A stretch of 62,085 nt of DNA, the filler included, from Globobulimina sp. (taxonomy: Eukaryota): the NCBI GenBank assembly GCA_003354225.1. It is 31 parts of 31 records of this genome, joined end to end, with 100 filler letters (N's around TTAATTAATTAA, not from the genome) between each part and the next. Parts side by side here need not be neighbours in the genome. Positions count along the whole stretch, not along the records: positions 1 to 1,907 come from PIVH01010698.1; positions 2,008 to 3,914 come from PIVH01010699.1; positions 4,015 to 5,921 come from PIVH01010700.1; positions 6,022 to 7,928 come from PIVH01010701.1; positions 8,029 to 9,935 come from PIVH01010702.1; positions 10,036 to 11,942 come from PIVH01010703.1; positions 12,043 to 13,949 come from PIVH01010704.1; 24 more parts are not named here. One strand, given 5' to 3'. The notes below the pieces were generated by a model. It was not told the origin of the DNA. It ran no database searches and saw only the letters and a list, made by a program, of their open reading frames with translations. Below, in pieces: positions 1 to 12,689 of the stretch. How positions within the stretch are numbered: position 1 is the stretch's first letter; every line of letters starts with the position of its first letter. The position numbers and the translations under genes were made by a program.

Positions 1-683
1 TTGAAAATCAAAACATTCTGTTTTTAAAAACTTCCAATCTTTATTGTCCAGTAATAATAATGGGCAACAATTCTTCTTCTTCTTCTTCGAGTAAAGGAAT
101 GATGTGTGACCCCTTGCCACAGTATGGTTGTTCTAGTAACAATATGTTTGAGCCTGATCCTTTTAGTATGGAAACGAGACAGAAGCGACTTGCTGGTGCG
201 TTGATTGTTGGTGCCGTTAAAGGTGTTGCCAACATTGGTGTTACCGCAATTAGTGCCATTGCAGATCGACCATAGAACATATTATCAATGTCCAAGATGT
301 AAACGGGAGGTATATGCATATGGGTCATTCGCTGATAATATTTGCTTAGATGTATGTTGCATATATATCCGACACCTCACAACCTCACATAACAGCACAT
401 AACACGGAATAACATATTATATAGTGTCCAGGCACAGTAATAAGCAGTGTCGGAAGCACATTGAGTATGGCGTCTGGAAGTGATGCACCTCAAAAGGTAG
501 CAAATCAGTGACTGATCAGCATAACCTTTAAATTATGACTCATGTGATATTAAATTATAACTAAATTTAGAGCTGATCAGCTACAATAATTGCTAAATTT
601 AGAGCGGATCAGCTTTACAAACGGATCAGATTAGTTTTAATAACTTGCCTCCAATCGCAACCCATCGTAGATACGCAAAAACA

Positions 684-1592
684 ATGAAGGCATTTGGGTC
701 AGCATCGAAAGATAATTCATACATTATGATTTCAATTATTACATGGACAGTCATATCAATTGTGACATTATTATGTCTTACAATGTCCATAATTTTGTAT
801 CCAATTTATTTAATCAAGTATGGGACAAAAAATCCATTAGAGACATTTATCGCAAATCGTCGTTTGTTATGGTACCCACGAATATTACTCAACAAATTAA
901 TATCGATAGTGTGTCATTTTAAAAGTTGCAGTGAAAATAAAACAATGTTTTATTCAAATATTGATGCAACAGAGTGTAATGGTGATATGAATAAATTTAT
1001 TACAGTCAAAGCGAAGGAAATGGGAAAGAAACGACGTAATTTGAAGAGGCGATTAATAAGTAAACCGTTAACATCAAAGAAGAATAACAACATCAAAACA
1101 CAGACATTAAATACAGAGCAAATTGATTTTGATTGCTTCAAATTGTATTTTAATATCATTTCTGAACATGAGAAATCATTGAAAGATTATCATTCATCAT
1201 TGGAAATCAAATATTTGACATTGGCCCTTCAAGTGGTAATATTTTGGAGTATTGGTACTGTCATTGAATATTATGATGCAAATGATAAACTGATTGCATT
1301 TGCATTTTATTCTCAGTTGAATGATGACACAATTGGTTGGGATTTTTTCTTTCAAACAAATGAAGCAAAAAAGTTGAATTTATGGTACGACAGTGTAAGA
1401 ATACTCATTCAACATGTTGTCGAAAAGCAAAATGAAATTAAACATATTCATTACGGTGCATCAGGTCTGCCAAACGTTGAACAAAATCTGATTCGAATTG
1501 GTGCTCAACCATTCGCTATTCAAAGATCATACAATTTAGCAGTTGGTAAAGCGCATTGGAAACCCATTTTAGCAAATTTTCGCATTACATAA
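684..1592 (+). CDS. Hypothetical protein with N-terminal TM helix; possible GNAT/FemAB-like C-terminal domain
   Basis: ~300-aa ORF with a hydrophobic segment (IITWTVISIVTLLCLTMSIILYPIYL). C-terminal IEYYD..KLIAFAFY...LWYDSVRILIQH...IHYGASG weakly resembles GNAT-fold acyltransferases. Confidence 0.45.
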   Translation: MKAFGSASKDNSYIMISIITWTVISIVTLLCLTMSIILYPIYLIKYGTKNPLETFIANRRLLWYPRILLNKLISIVCHFKSCSENKTMFYSNIDATECNGDMNKFITVKAKEMGKKRRNLKRRLISKPLTSKKNNNIKTQTLNTEQIDFDCFKLYFNIISEHEKSLKDYHSSLEIKYLTLALQVVIFWSIGTVIEYYDANDKLIAFAFYSQLNDDTIGWDFFFQTNEAKKLNLWYDSVRILIQHVVEKQNEIKHIHYGASGLPNVEQNLIRIGAQPFAIQRSYNLAVGKAHWKPILANFRIT

Positions 1593-1908
1593 GCGAATCA
1601 TCAGATGATACACACATGCACATTTTTTTTGCATTGTGGAAACAAGTGTTTTTGCAAAATGTAACTTATATAATAATTCCTAGTCCTTCTCATCTTTTTC
1701 TTCCTACATTAAATATCTGATGAAACTATAACTACATTCCTATCAAATTGGGACAAAACCACATCAGAATAAAATATTTAAATTTATTTTACAGATTCTT
1801 CTTCAGACTCTGTATTACTGCTAAATTACTGGATCGACAGAAAAAAAGGAAAATAAAATAGCACAATAATTTATACAAACACTAAATCAATTAACGGTAC
1901 TTTTGACN

Positions 1909-2007
1909 NNNNNNNNNNNNNNNNNNNNNNNNNNNNNNNNNNNNNNNNNNNTTAATTAATTAANNNNNNNNNNNNNNNNNNNNNNNNNNNNNNNNNNNNN
2001 NNNNNNN
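1909..2007. other. Artificial contig linker (N-run + TTAATTAATTAA + N-run); recurs about every 2 kb through the window
   Basis: The same 12-mer, with stops in all six frames and flanked by N runs, occurs at ~1952, 3959, 5966 ... 60126. Contigs between linkers are all ~1.9 kb. Confidence 0.98.
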
Positions 2008-3914
2008 CATCCCTTTTATCAACCAATCGATAAGATCTTAACAATTCATTCCGTACTAAATCATAATTACAAAATAATAATATGGATAACACATATTCTA
2101 TTGGGAAAAAATCATTTTTTTTCATTCTTTTCTGATCGATGACAATATCTGTTTTACATTTTAATTTATTTGATTCAAAAGCACCCAAAAATAATTCGGA
2201 CTTATAATATAATTCAATCCATTCTCTTTCCGATATATTATTCTCACAATTTAATACTTCCACTTTTATGGATGCATATTTTGCTGTCGCTGTGTCTCGG
2301 ACGTCACTAAAATGGGAATCATATCGACTGTATTGTCTCGTTAAAGGCATCGCCATTTCTTCCTTTTCTTCTTTTTCTTTTTCTTCTTTGATTAATGTTA
2401 GAAATTTATTTCGTTTCTGTTCTCCGCCAACACTGTTACGAATACAATGTGGTAAATGGAACACGTAACAATGGATTGTATCCAATATTTGCTGGGTCAC
2501 AATTTCTAATAATAAATATTCTTTATTTAATAAATATTGCTTATGATTGTCACTCTCTTTTCTGTCATTTATATTTCGTTTAAGTGCAATACATTTGGAG
2601 GCATTACATTTTATAATGTTCTCTTTAAAATACGTAGAGATTTGCGGATCAATGACACCCGTTTTTATCACATGACTAATTTCATCATTTGTTTTTTTTG
2701 ATATTTTTGTAGATTCAATGTGAAACCTTTTAATATGATAATAATCATTTATTACATCACAAAGCGAATAATCACTTAAAACAGATATCATTGCAGCAAA
2801 TCCTTCATTGTCATTAGTTAACGTATCATCTAATTTGTATTCCATCCATTTGCGATATGCCCGCAATATTATTAATATTCTTGAAATACAGGAACAATTT
2901 TGAAATAATTTCCTTTTTTCTGCTTTATTTTTTTTTTTTGAGTTTTTGGTGATGAAATGTGTGCGTTTTGAATAGCCACAGCTGATATTGATGGCAAATC
3001 AAATAACATGTTATCTGGATCAGGTACATCGATATCATCGATATCGTCCATATCATCATTAACATCCATAAGCATATCATCAACATCTTGCAATTGTAAC
3101 TTTTCATCCATATCTCCTGTCCATGGATGCAATAAACTCATTTTTTTTGGAATAGATGCAATAAACTGACAGCTTGGTCTCGTTGGTGTCATGGCATTGT
3201 TATTAATACAAAAATCACTGCTTGCATCCATTACCAATGTATGCTGTTTGTTAATTTCAATATCTTTCATAATATCTTGCCATTGTTTGACTAACTCAAT
3301 TTTTATTTGTCGATATTTATCACTTTGACCGGTCTCTTGAGTCTCTTCTCCATCGCCATCGCCATCACTCAGTGCCAATAGATTGGTGCTGCTGGCACTT
3401 ATATTGAAATCTAAAGATATTTGTTTGCTGATATTAAACATGCTGCCGCTTTGTGGATGTTTCGATTTGATTAGCTTTGTAGTGGATGGTTTCAGCGCAA
3501 CCGATACAGCTTTTGCTCGTACGCTTACATCTGAGACTTTACTCGGATTTAAATCTAAATTCATTACTTTTAATATATGATCAAACCAAAGGGTCAATTC
3601 TTTATCATTTAAGCATTGCAATGCCCATATTCGTAATGATGTTTTTAATTCAATCACATACTGTGAATTATATTGTGATTGTGGAGCAAAACCGAAACCT
3701 AAAACCTCTCTCAAGTGTATAATGCCTTTGGCAATCGATAATTTATTTTCATTTTCATAATACATTAATTTTTTTGAATCATATAATATAAACCATCGCT
3801 TCTTCCATTTCTTTCGTTTTAATCCTAATTTAAACATAAAACCCTCATAAACTATCTTACCGTACACGAATCCTTCAATATACGTGGTCCATTTTGTAAA
3901 TTGTGTGGCATATT
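2008..3914 (-). CDS. PH-domain protein, partial, one homopolymer frameshift near 2928-2940
   Basis: YEGFMFKLG..RKKWKKRWFIL...LMYYE...AKGIIHL...WFDHI is a PH domain. Shifting frame at the poly-T run joins the two ORFs (KNKAEKRKLFQNCSCISRILIILRAYRKW). Confidence 0.8.
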
Positions 3915-4273
3915 NNNNNNNNNNNNNNNNNNNNNNNNNNNNNNNNNNNNNNNNNNNNTTAATTAATTAANNNNNNNNNNNNNNNNNNNNNNNNNNNNNN
4001 NNNNNNNNNNNNNNCGTAGTTTACTTCGTATGTTTCAACGTAATGGTCCATTAAGTGTTTGTAGAAAAAGTGAAAGTTTTTAACTAGTGAAGTAAAGATA
4101 GAAATTGAGAATGAAAAAAAAGAAATACCAAAACAAGTTTAAACACGCAAAAAAACAAACTCAAAATTAAATAATAAATACAAAAAATCCACAAAAAAAA
4201 ATAATGTCGTTGTCGATGGTGAATTTAAAAAAAAAAGTCAAATGCAAAAAAAATAATGTTTATTCTGTTAACT

Positions 4274-5299
4274 TTAGTAAAAGAGTAACTTTTTTTTTTT
4301 CGATCGAAGCCGTTTGTTGTCGGTGCCAAATTTCCTTTTAAGATTTTTCGAGGATTCACTTGGCATATCTTCATCGATATCAGGAAAAGCGGGTGCGTAT
4401 GTATTGAATGGACTGCCGTTACGTACGGACTGGCGTTGTGGTGCGGACAATTGATGCATTTTCTAAATACAATAAAAACAAAAAAAAAAGATGTGGTGGA
4501 CTTAGAAGCGGATAAAAAAAAATAAAGTAACTGGAGATTTAATTAGCGGATAATCAGCGGCATCATCTGGAGATATGATTCCATAAATGGGCGAACAATC
4601 ATCTGATCCTCTCACTGGCGATTTGGGCGAATAATCATCTGGGAATAATGATCCCTTATTGGAATAATTATCTGTGAACATTGATCGTCTCACTGGCGAT
4701 GTGGATGTTTGTTTTTTTAGGGGCCAAAAATAATCGGCTGGGTTTGGTCCGGCCATTTCAAATTTATATGGGAATATTGATCGTCTCTGCGCCTCGAGCA
4801 TAGCCTTAATATTAAATTTTGTCCACGGATCATATTGATTACCAGATCTGGATGTTTCTTTTTTTAGGGACCAATACTCAGCTGGGATTGGACGGAGGAC
4901 GGAAAAATAATTAGCTGGGAATATTGCGAGTTGTTGCAATCGGCTTCTTCCTTGAAGAGCATACAAGAAATCCGTTACATCTTCGGCCATTTCAAATTCA
5001 CCAGAGTAACCCCATTCAGCAAATCGAGAGAGAAGGTTTGGGCTGTCCTCCCTGTCCACTTCGGATAGTTGAGCATCAATAGTAGAATGAGCTTCCCTTT
5101 TGAAAAATTGGTCGTGTCGCCAGATCTTGGATGCTTCATCAGCGTGCTTTAATTCAGGCTCAGTGATACTGTGATAGACGAGATCAAAAACCAATAATGC
5201 AATATGTTCGGGGAATCCGCAAATATCGATCAATATTGCTATTTCGAATGAGTAACGTTGTAAGAGATACTCGGAATTGCTATAAAAAAAGTCTGCCAT
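4274..5299 (-). CDS. Hypothetical two-exon protein with internal repeats and a C-terminal basic NLS-like tail
   Basis: 265-aa ORF plus a downstream ORF, separated by a T-rich intron-like segment ending TTTAG (~4464-4530). Internal repeats PA(E/D)Y.WxLKKxTS and SPVR. Ends KRLRSKKKKLLFY. Confidence 0.55.
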
Positions 5300-5669
5300 T
5301 AAGTAGATTTGATGAGAAGTAAAGTTTTTTACAGTTGTAAATTTGCGATTTTGCGCGAGTTGTTAGAGGATGGTTGAAAGTGAATAATTTATTATATATA
5401 CCAACAAAATTTATGTCGCAAGACCGTCCCAGCTAATTATAAACCCCCCACCGCTACACCCAGCAAGAACACAACCCCGACACCGCACAACCAATATATA
5501 GTCTCAAAAAAAGAAAATAATTTGCTTTGAGTACTTTGTTTAGTATTTGGCTGAAACGTGTTTTTTTGTGTTCTATGTTGGGATAGATGGCATATGCCGC
5601 GTAGCATCCTATCCTATACCCTATCCTAGACTCTCCTAGTCGCTATCCAAGCGAAAGAACTTTTGTCAA

Positions 5670-5916
5670 AGTAAAGATAGAAATTGAGAATGAAAAAAAA
5701 GAAATACCAAAACAAGTTTAAACACGCAAAAAAACAAACTCAATATTAAATAATAAATAAAAAAAACGCACGAAAAACGCACGTTGTCGTTGGTGAATTT
5801 TAAAAAAAAAGGTCAAAGGGCAATATAGGCATAAATGCGCAAAGTGTTGAAAAACACCTGGTAAAAAATAAAACCAGCATAAATTAGTAAAAGAGTAACT
5901 TTTTTTTTTTCGATCG
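5670..5916. repeat. Diverged direct repeat of 4091-4306 (3' end of a neighbouring tandem paralog)
   Basis: AGTAAAGATAGAAATTGAGAATGAAAAAAAAGAAATACCAAAACAAGTTTAAACACGC... and TAGTAAAAGAGTAACTTTTTTTTTTTCGATCG occur at both places, ~1.6 kb apart. Confidence 0.85.
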
Positions 5917-6021
5917 CGGCANNNNNNNNNNNNNNNNNNNNNNNNNNNNNNNNNNNNNNNNNNNNTTAATTAATTAANNNNNNNNNNNNNNNNNNNNNNN
6001 NNNNNNNNNNNNNNNNNNNNN

Positions 6022-6100
6022 CTCATTTTCATGGATTTTCTCATTTTTAATGGGTTTTCTCAATTCCTCTTGGGTTTTTGGGGCCTGTCCCCTCCTAGGT
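6022..6100. mobile_element. End of a dispersed repeat family (second copy at 35862-36018, opposite strand)
   Basis: Reverse complement ACCTAGGAGGGGACAGGCCCCAAAAACCCAAGAGGAATT matches 35862 with 2 mismatches. Both copies continue into ATCCATGAAAATGAGAA-type subrepeats. Confidence 0.7.
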
Positions 6101-6138
6101 CACGAATAACACGAAAGGATACACTGATCAGTAGAATA

Positions 6139-6913
6139 ATGCGACATTACGATAATGAAGCTGCGCTTATAATTGACTTAAATGTATTGATCAATGAAAG
6201 TGCACAAAATGTACAACAAAATGAACAACAAAATGAACAACAAAATGAACAACAAAATGAACAACAAAACGAGTCACCAGATGAACAACCAGAAGAACCA
6301 TCGCATGATGAAATGAAATTACCTGAATTTCCGATAAAATTACATATTGATATATCAGCACATCATATTTCCGATGATACCAACAGTGTCTGTGCACACA
6401 CAATGAATGAATTTGTAAAATCCATCAAAAAAGATTTTAAATTAGAAATGAATGGTCAAATGTATGATTTTAAAGGCTTCTGGGTTAAATTTATGGGCAA
6501 AATAAATGATGAAAAATATCAATATCCAATTAAACGAATGACTTTGAAGGGATCTAAATTTGAGTTTAGTTATTATTTGCCTTCATCTCCATTACTTTAA
6601 AACATCCTATATACACAGTGGTACATCAGCCTTTCAAAGAACAAACACACGTTTAGATAGAAGATGGCATGGCAACCAAGGCGAAGCTCATTTTAAACGG
6701 TTGGAAACAACAGCAAAAAAAAATGATTCACATTGGCTGTTATTAAGTTCAGATTCAAAAACTAAATGTATTTTAAAAGCAAAAGGAAAAGAAATAAGAA
6801 ATAATGGATGTCATATATATATTGTCAATCCAATACGTGATAATACCCATAATAATCCATTATTGGCACTAGAAAATGAAGATATTGATTTGAGATCACA
6901 TGTTAAGTACTGA
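6139..6913 (+). CDS. Hypothetical protein with (QQNE)n repeat, probably frameshifted near 6560-6600
   Basis: Two overlapping ORFs; 12-bp CAACAAAATGAA repeat. Confidence 0.35.
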
Positions 6914-7215
6914 CAATGATGACTTTCTGTGTTACCATAAAATAAATAAATAGATTGAGACAATTTGGAGTGAATGGAATAATATTTCAAATAAATTGGA
7001 AAACTTTCACACACAAAATGCACCACGTTCGATTGCTGAGCAACAACGACAATTGGGGTTGGATAGAAATGATGGATTAATTGATGATGCAACATATATT
7101 CAACAAATGCAAGATTTAACAGCGAAATTATTACAAACCACAGGAATTGACCATTGATTTTGTTGCTTCTTGTTTTTTTTTATTTAAATACTACCTTTTG
7201 TTACATTTATAACTG

Positions 7216-7417
7216 TGTGGCAGTCGGCATCGATGTGGGTCAGTTGGCATCGATGTGGGTCAGTTGGCATCGATGTGGGTCAGTTGGCATCGTTGTGGGT
7301 CAGTTGGCATCGATGTGGGTCAGTTGGCATCGTTGTGGGTCAGTTGGCATCGTTGTGGGTCAGTTGGCATCGATGTGGGTCAGTTGGCATCGTTGTGGGT
7401 CAGTTGGCATCGATGTG
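7216..7417. repeat. Minisatellite, 20-bp unit GTGGGTCAGTTGGCATCG(A/T)T, ~9-10 copies
   Basis: Directly visible head-to-tail units with no spacers. Confidence 0.95.
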
Positions 7418-7787
7418 TATATTTTATAATGTCTGGCAAGACAAAGAAATATAACAACATAAAAAAAACATTACCTGTTGTTATGATAAGACGAAGGCCT
7501 GTGTGGTATCAACAAAAAACAAACGTCAGTTCTTCATGGTTTATATCAACATGCAAAGCACAATAAGGAAAAAACGGTCCCGACGGACCTCAGTGTGGTG
7601 CGTGTGGTTCACGCATTTATGAAACTAAACCGGTGCGCCAGTCATAGCACATAACTGCCACCGGTTAGTTTACTATAACATGAGTATACGGGTCACAGTG
7701 TATACTCTCATGTATGTAATATGACAGTGTCGATATGCACACTCATCATAAATAAATCTGGGTAGGACAAGAACACGCAACATAACT

Positions 7788-7928
7788 ATGTTTGGAAGGC
7801 AACAGTCATTGTTTTGCCTCATTTTCATTCATTGGCAGATGTTTGGAAGGCAACGGTCATTGTTCTGCCTCATTTTCATTCATTGGCAGATGTTTGGAAG
7901 GCAACGGTCATTGTTCTGCCTCATTTTC
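7788..7928. repeat. Tandem repeat, 51-bp unit, ~2.8 copies running into the contig end
   Basis: ATGTTTGGAAGGCAAC(A/G)GTCATTGTT(T/C)TGCCTCATTTTCATTCATTGGCAG repeated. Confidence 0.9.
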
Positions 7929-8029
7929 NNNNNNNNNNNNNNNNNNNNNNNNNNNNNNNNNNNNNNNNNNNNTTAATTAATTAANNNNNNNNNNNNNNNN
8001 NNNNNNNNNNNNNNNNNNNNNNNNNNNNT

Positions 8030-9935
8030 ATGCCGACACCACGTCCTATACCACACCCAAGCAATGATCCCACACCGGGACCTACCAAAAATCCCACTAA
8101 TTCCCCAACGCATTCACCCACTCAATGCGTTGATTTGTATCCCGGAGATGATTCAAACGATGGTGTTTCTAATTTTATTGTTGATGATTATAGTCAATCC
8201 GTTAATTATTCTGCTATTCGACAGAAATATCACTGGAATACAAGTATTTTATTTAATTGCAGCAATGATGCATGCCATGAAAAACAACTTAATTTGAATG
8301 AAGTTGAAGCTGTGGATTCGTATTTTGTTGATTGTCTGAAAACCAGTGACTGTACACTTTTATTTATTAACATCACGTCATTTACTTCATTAATTACCAG
8401 ATGTAACGAGGATTATTCCTGTTATAAAATGGATATTAATTCGTCATTAATTCGCCGCGATGGCACAGAAAATGATGTAATAATTATATGCAATGCGACA
8501 AGTGCTTGTGTTGATAGTACCATCCATTTGGAAGACGTGTCATTATTCGAATTACATTGTTTATCTCGTTTATCATGCAACAATATGCGTATATCCATTA
8601 GTAATCTTGGCTATAATAGTACGATATTTTGCTATGTGCTCAACGCATGTGATGGTATGTACGTAATCACAAATAAACAATATACACAACTTATGATGTA
8701 CGAATACAGTCAATCAGTAATTCTTGACAATAAAGTTGGTTATAATGCCTTCATAGACAATATTAAATGCTCTAACAATAAAGAAATACGATGCATCAAA
8801 TTAAATACTGACAGTTACTTAATTACATAGCTTCTGTGTGTTATTTGATTAACAATTTATGACTTCTGTGTGTTATTTGATTTCAAAAAACAAATAGGAT
8901 TAGCAACGGACGAAGAATTGACGCAAATATCGAGAAGTGGTTATAACTCAAACTCGTTGCCATGCGAAGATGTAACGGTACTTTGTGGTGATTTTGAATG
9001 TCGAATGAAATATCATTTTAATATATCAGCTGAAAAGTTGTCGGAATCACAGAGTGAATGTGTATGGTTTGAGTTTAATAAACATACTCAATTACATTGT
9101 GATGGGTTGTGCAGTAATATTACATATTTCACTCATACGGTGAACATTGATATTAATATTGATCTCACTCCAATTAATACAACGAGTTTATGTCCTCATT
9201 TCTTTGGAACTGTCAATTCGACCGAACTATCTGTAAAAACTGTTCAAAAAATAACAAACGAGGCATTGGCTATATACTTCAGAACAGCACATGATTGGAA
9301 TCGTTATGTAGCAGCTGCTCCGTTCACATTCTTCATTCCCTCCCATTTCCTCCATTATTTATTATGTAATGCATCAATACCTTGCAGAAACAGCTCATAT
9401 CTTCGTGACGTTCGACATTCGAGACCTTACTGATATTGCCAGTCAAGTACGGAAAAATTATGTTGCTGGGAGTGAATTTCATCATCGTTTACATTCATTG
9501 TTAACCAATTTTTTTGGCGAAGCAAATGTTATTATTTCAACGGAAGTTGTTCTTAATGTGATTAATAAAATTATGCCCAGGCCGTGGTATGAAGAAATTT
9601 TAAGCACTGTCACCAGCACTACGTATGCCATATTTTGGACGATAATATCATCCATTCTTGTGACCATTGGCTATTTGCACCAAAGATATGCGACAAAACC
9701 ATATGAAATGGTGTGTTGCAGCAAAGTGTTAATGTGTAACCCAGTGAATGACGTTAAATTTGCTTATATTCCCGCTTATTATTCGAGAGTGATTGGAAAC
9801 TTTGCTGCGGGATATTTCATATATGAATTGATAGTTATTTTGGTGAGCGGAGAATTGAGTGAGTTGGTATTAAAAGTAAATATTACAATTTGTATCGTAT
9901 TAATTATTGTTTTGGCAGTATCATATTTATTGGTT
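8030..9935 (+). CDS. Cys-rich cell-surface protein with PT-rich stalk and C-terminal TM helices (partial, intron-containing)
   Basis: PTxxPT repeats, repeated C-x4/5-(A/S)C motifs, TM segments after 9620. Intron ~8815-8897 (GTTACT...ATAG) joins the first two ORFs in frame; a second intron is likely at ~9303-9387. Confidence 0.7.
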
Positions 9936-10263
9936 NNNNNNNNNNNNNNNNNNNNNNNNNNNNNNNNNNNNNNNNNNNNTTAATTAATTAANNNNNNNNN
10001 NNNNNNNNNNNNNNNNNNNNNNNNNNNNNNNNNNNTTTTTTCTTTATATTTTTTTTTTATTTTTATTTTTTGTATTTTTATGATCGGATTGTTACTTTGG
10101 TTGGTTTTGTATTCTAATTCACTATTAATTACCTTTTGAGAAACACTATTTGAGAAACACTTTGCCTTTTGAGAAACAGACCGCATGCTCTTTTGAGAAA
10201 CACTATTGCCGCTCAGTTTTTTGCTCGCAGCTTTTTAACTTTAATTTTACTATAGTCCTAATC

Positions 10264-11942
10264 ATGTCACAGAGTTCACCGAAACAAAGCAATTATCGGA
10301 AATTTCAAAAAGGTGACCGTGTCGTTTTACAAGATGGCAGAGAGGCCACAGTTAAATTTGAAGGTTCTGTATTGTTTACAGGTGGATACTTTGTTGGCCT
10401 CGCCTTGGACCAACCGAGTGGTAAACATGATGGCCGCAGTTAAATATTTTCTCAATTAACTCACAGTCACAGGCAAATACTAGTAATTGCAAACAAACCA
10501 CACTATGTAGTCAATGGGAGGCGATATTTTCATTGCCCCAAAGGTCACGGATTATTTGTTCGACCAATCTCCATTCAAACAATATTAAACCCATCGCACA
10601 ATAATCAATGGAGAGTGCGATCGAATAATAATAACAACAATAAACAAAATAATAACCGTAACAATCGCAACAATCGTAGCAATCACCACAACCAACATTA
10701 TTATAATAGCAATAACACACACAATTGCAACAAATATCGCAATAATAACAAACAAAACAATAATGATTACAATGCCAATCTATCCCATTCGCCAAATCAA
10801 TTGCAACGTAACACAATGAACGCATGCAATACATCGATAGCTGCAAACATAACCAATCCAAATTCATTCAATCCATCCAACCATATACCCAATCATTCAA
10901 ATCCTATGAATTCTATGCCTCCAATGGGTCAAATAATACATCAAACTGCAGACATAAATAAAATTGGTCTAACACTACCTGTGCATGTTCAAAACACTGC
11001 TCCTTCGAATATCAATAATATAAACATCAACAAAAATATTATGACCACTCAACCTCATTTACCCCAACCTCCACTGCAACAGCAACAGCGACTGCCACCT
11101 CCACTGTCACTGCCACTGCCACCTCCACCGCAACAGCAGCAGCAACAGATCCGCCCGCCACCACTGCAACAACAGCAGCAACAGCAACAGCAACAGCTGC
11201 GACCACCTCCACTGCAGCAACAGCAACAGCTGCAACAGCAACTACCAAATACCAACATCAACATCAACACTATCAACGCAAATGCGTCACCCTACCAAGT
11301 CCATACAGCTTTGATCAACCCATCCGCTCTGATCTCAGCCTTTCCATTGACGCATCAGAACATCAGTCTATACAACAGCATTCCCAACCATTTATACAAC
11401 ATCTTCACCCGCAGCACGCCAAACAGTTTATATTCCTCACAGCTTCCGCCCTATCCCGCTTCTACAGTCTCTTGTTTATCGTATCAAGGTGTTCTGGGCG
11501 GCCTACGTTTTGATCCAAACACCACAAACATATACGCCACCAATCCAAATATAGCCAATGCCAACGCCAACGCCAACGCCAATCAATACAAAAAGAACTG
11601 TAACACCATTGTCATCAATGAGTTACCTGTGTTGACACCCAAACACTGCCCCAAAACCATGGCGTTCCCTCGCGACAAACAGCTGGCCACTGCACTGTCT
11701 GCACATAGCGACAATGCACAAAAGCACAAAGAGCTCGAGCTGCAGCACAAAACCCCGGAGCCTCAACACATACAACACATAGAACAGATGCAAGAGATTG
11801 AGGAGATAGAAGAGATAGAAGAGGAAGAACGGGAACGCGACAGAGAGAGTGTGAGCTTTTTCAAATGGGCCAACTTTGACGACGCAGAGGATATAAAGGA
11901 CGACAATGATTATTTCGCATTGAAATTAGAGCGAAGGCGGTC
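10264..11942 (+). CDS. CAP-Gly domain protein with N/Q/P-rich low-complexity region (3' partial)
   Basis: GDRV...VKFEG...GYFVGLALDQPSGKHDG. Removing intron 10439-10510 (GTTAAA...GTAG) gives INGRRYFHCPKGHGLFVRP and continues in frame into the 10615 ORF. Confidence 0.88.
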
Positions 11943-12042
11943 NNNNNNNNNNNNNNNNNNNNNNNNNNNNNNNNNNNNNNNNNNNNTTAATTAATTAANN
12001 NNNNNNNNNNNNNNNNNNNNNNNNNNNNNNNNNNNNNNNNNN

Positions 12043-12689
12043 GGTTGTTTCACAAAATCAGAGACCAATCAAACTCGGATGATTGTATCTTTATTAATGA
12101 CAATAAATCAACAAATCAGGATACATTTTATGGTGTTATGCTCACTTTGCAAAATAGCAAGATGCGCAATACCGGCCATACTGCATTTGTTATGGTTGGC
12201 CGATCAAACCACGACATTGACCCAGCTCTTATGATATTTAATTTGTATCATATTCTAACAATTTTATCAAAGAAATTTCCACAGCATTTCTCGTGGAAAA
12301 AGAAATCACATTTATTTCAACATATGGGTAAACCATTAAATACCGATGATTTTCGCACAATTTATAGTGATTTAATCCATTTTATAGGCTTCTTTCAAGC
12401 AAATCGCCTACAAAAACCACACAGTCTTCGGAAAGGATTTGCATCTCATTTAAGTAGATTAGGTGTCGAACGTGGTTTGATTGCATGGGTTGGTCGATGG
12501 AAATTACGAGAGGCACTTTATGTTTATGTTAATTACTCGGAAGGGGATATGATTAAATTAGCACATATTTATTTTAATGCAGAACAAAATATTAAATTTC
12601 AATACAGCAAACAATTTGATTTTGATGCAGAAGAAGCAGACTTTTATTTAGAGCAATTTCATAATTCAATTAAAACTCTTACAATATAA
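12043..12689 (+). mobile_element. Tyrosine recombinase C-terminal half, DIRS/Ngaro-type retrotransposon
   Basis: HSLRKG (HxxR), GRW and a downstream Tyr. Clearly paralogous to the YR at 26973-27994 (shared LQNSKMRNTG...DPALM.FNLYH...SHLFQHMGKP). Confidence 0.85.

Noticed and set aside
2866-2940. Programmed frameshift or alternative genetic code splitting the PH gene
   Set aside because: The shift maps to a long homopolymer, consistent with an indel error. Conserved genes (ARF, centrin, DOHH) end at normal TAA stops.
7216-7417. CRISPR-like array
   Set aside because: Units are head-to-tail with no unique spacers, the context is eukaryotic, and there are no cas genes. The ORFs across it are repeat artefacts.
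11039-11276. Poly-Cys and poly-Val/Ala ORFs on the minus strand
   Set aside because: Antisense shadows of the CAG/CAA poly-Gln/Pro tract in the CAP-Gly gene.
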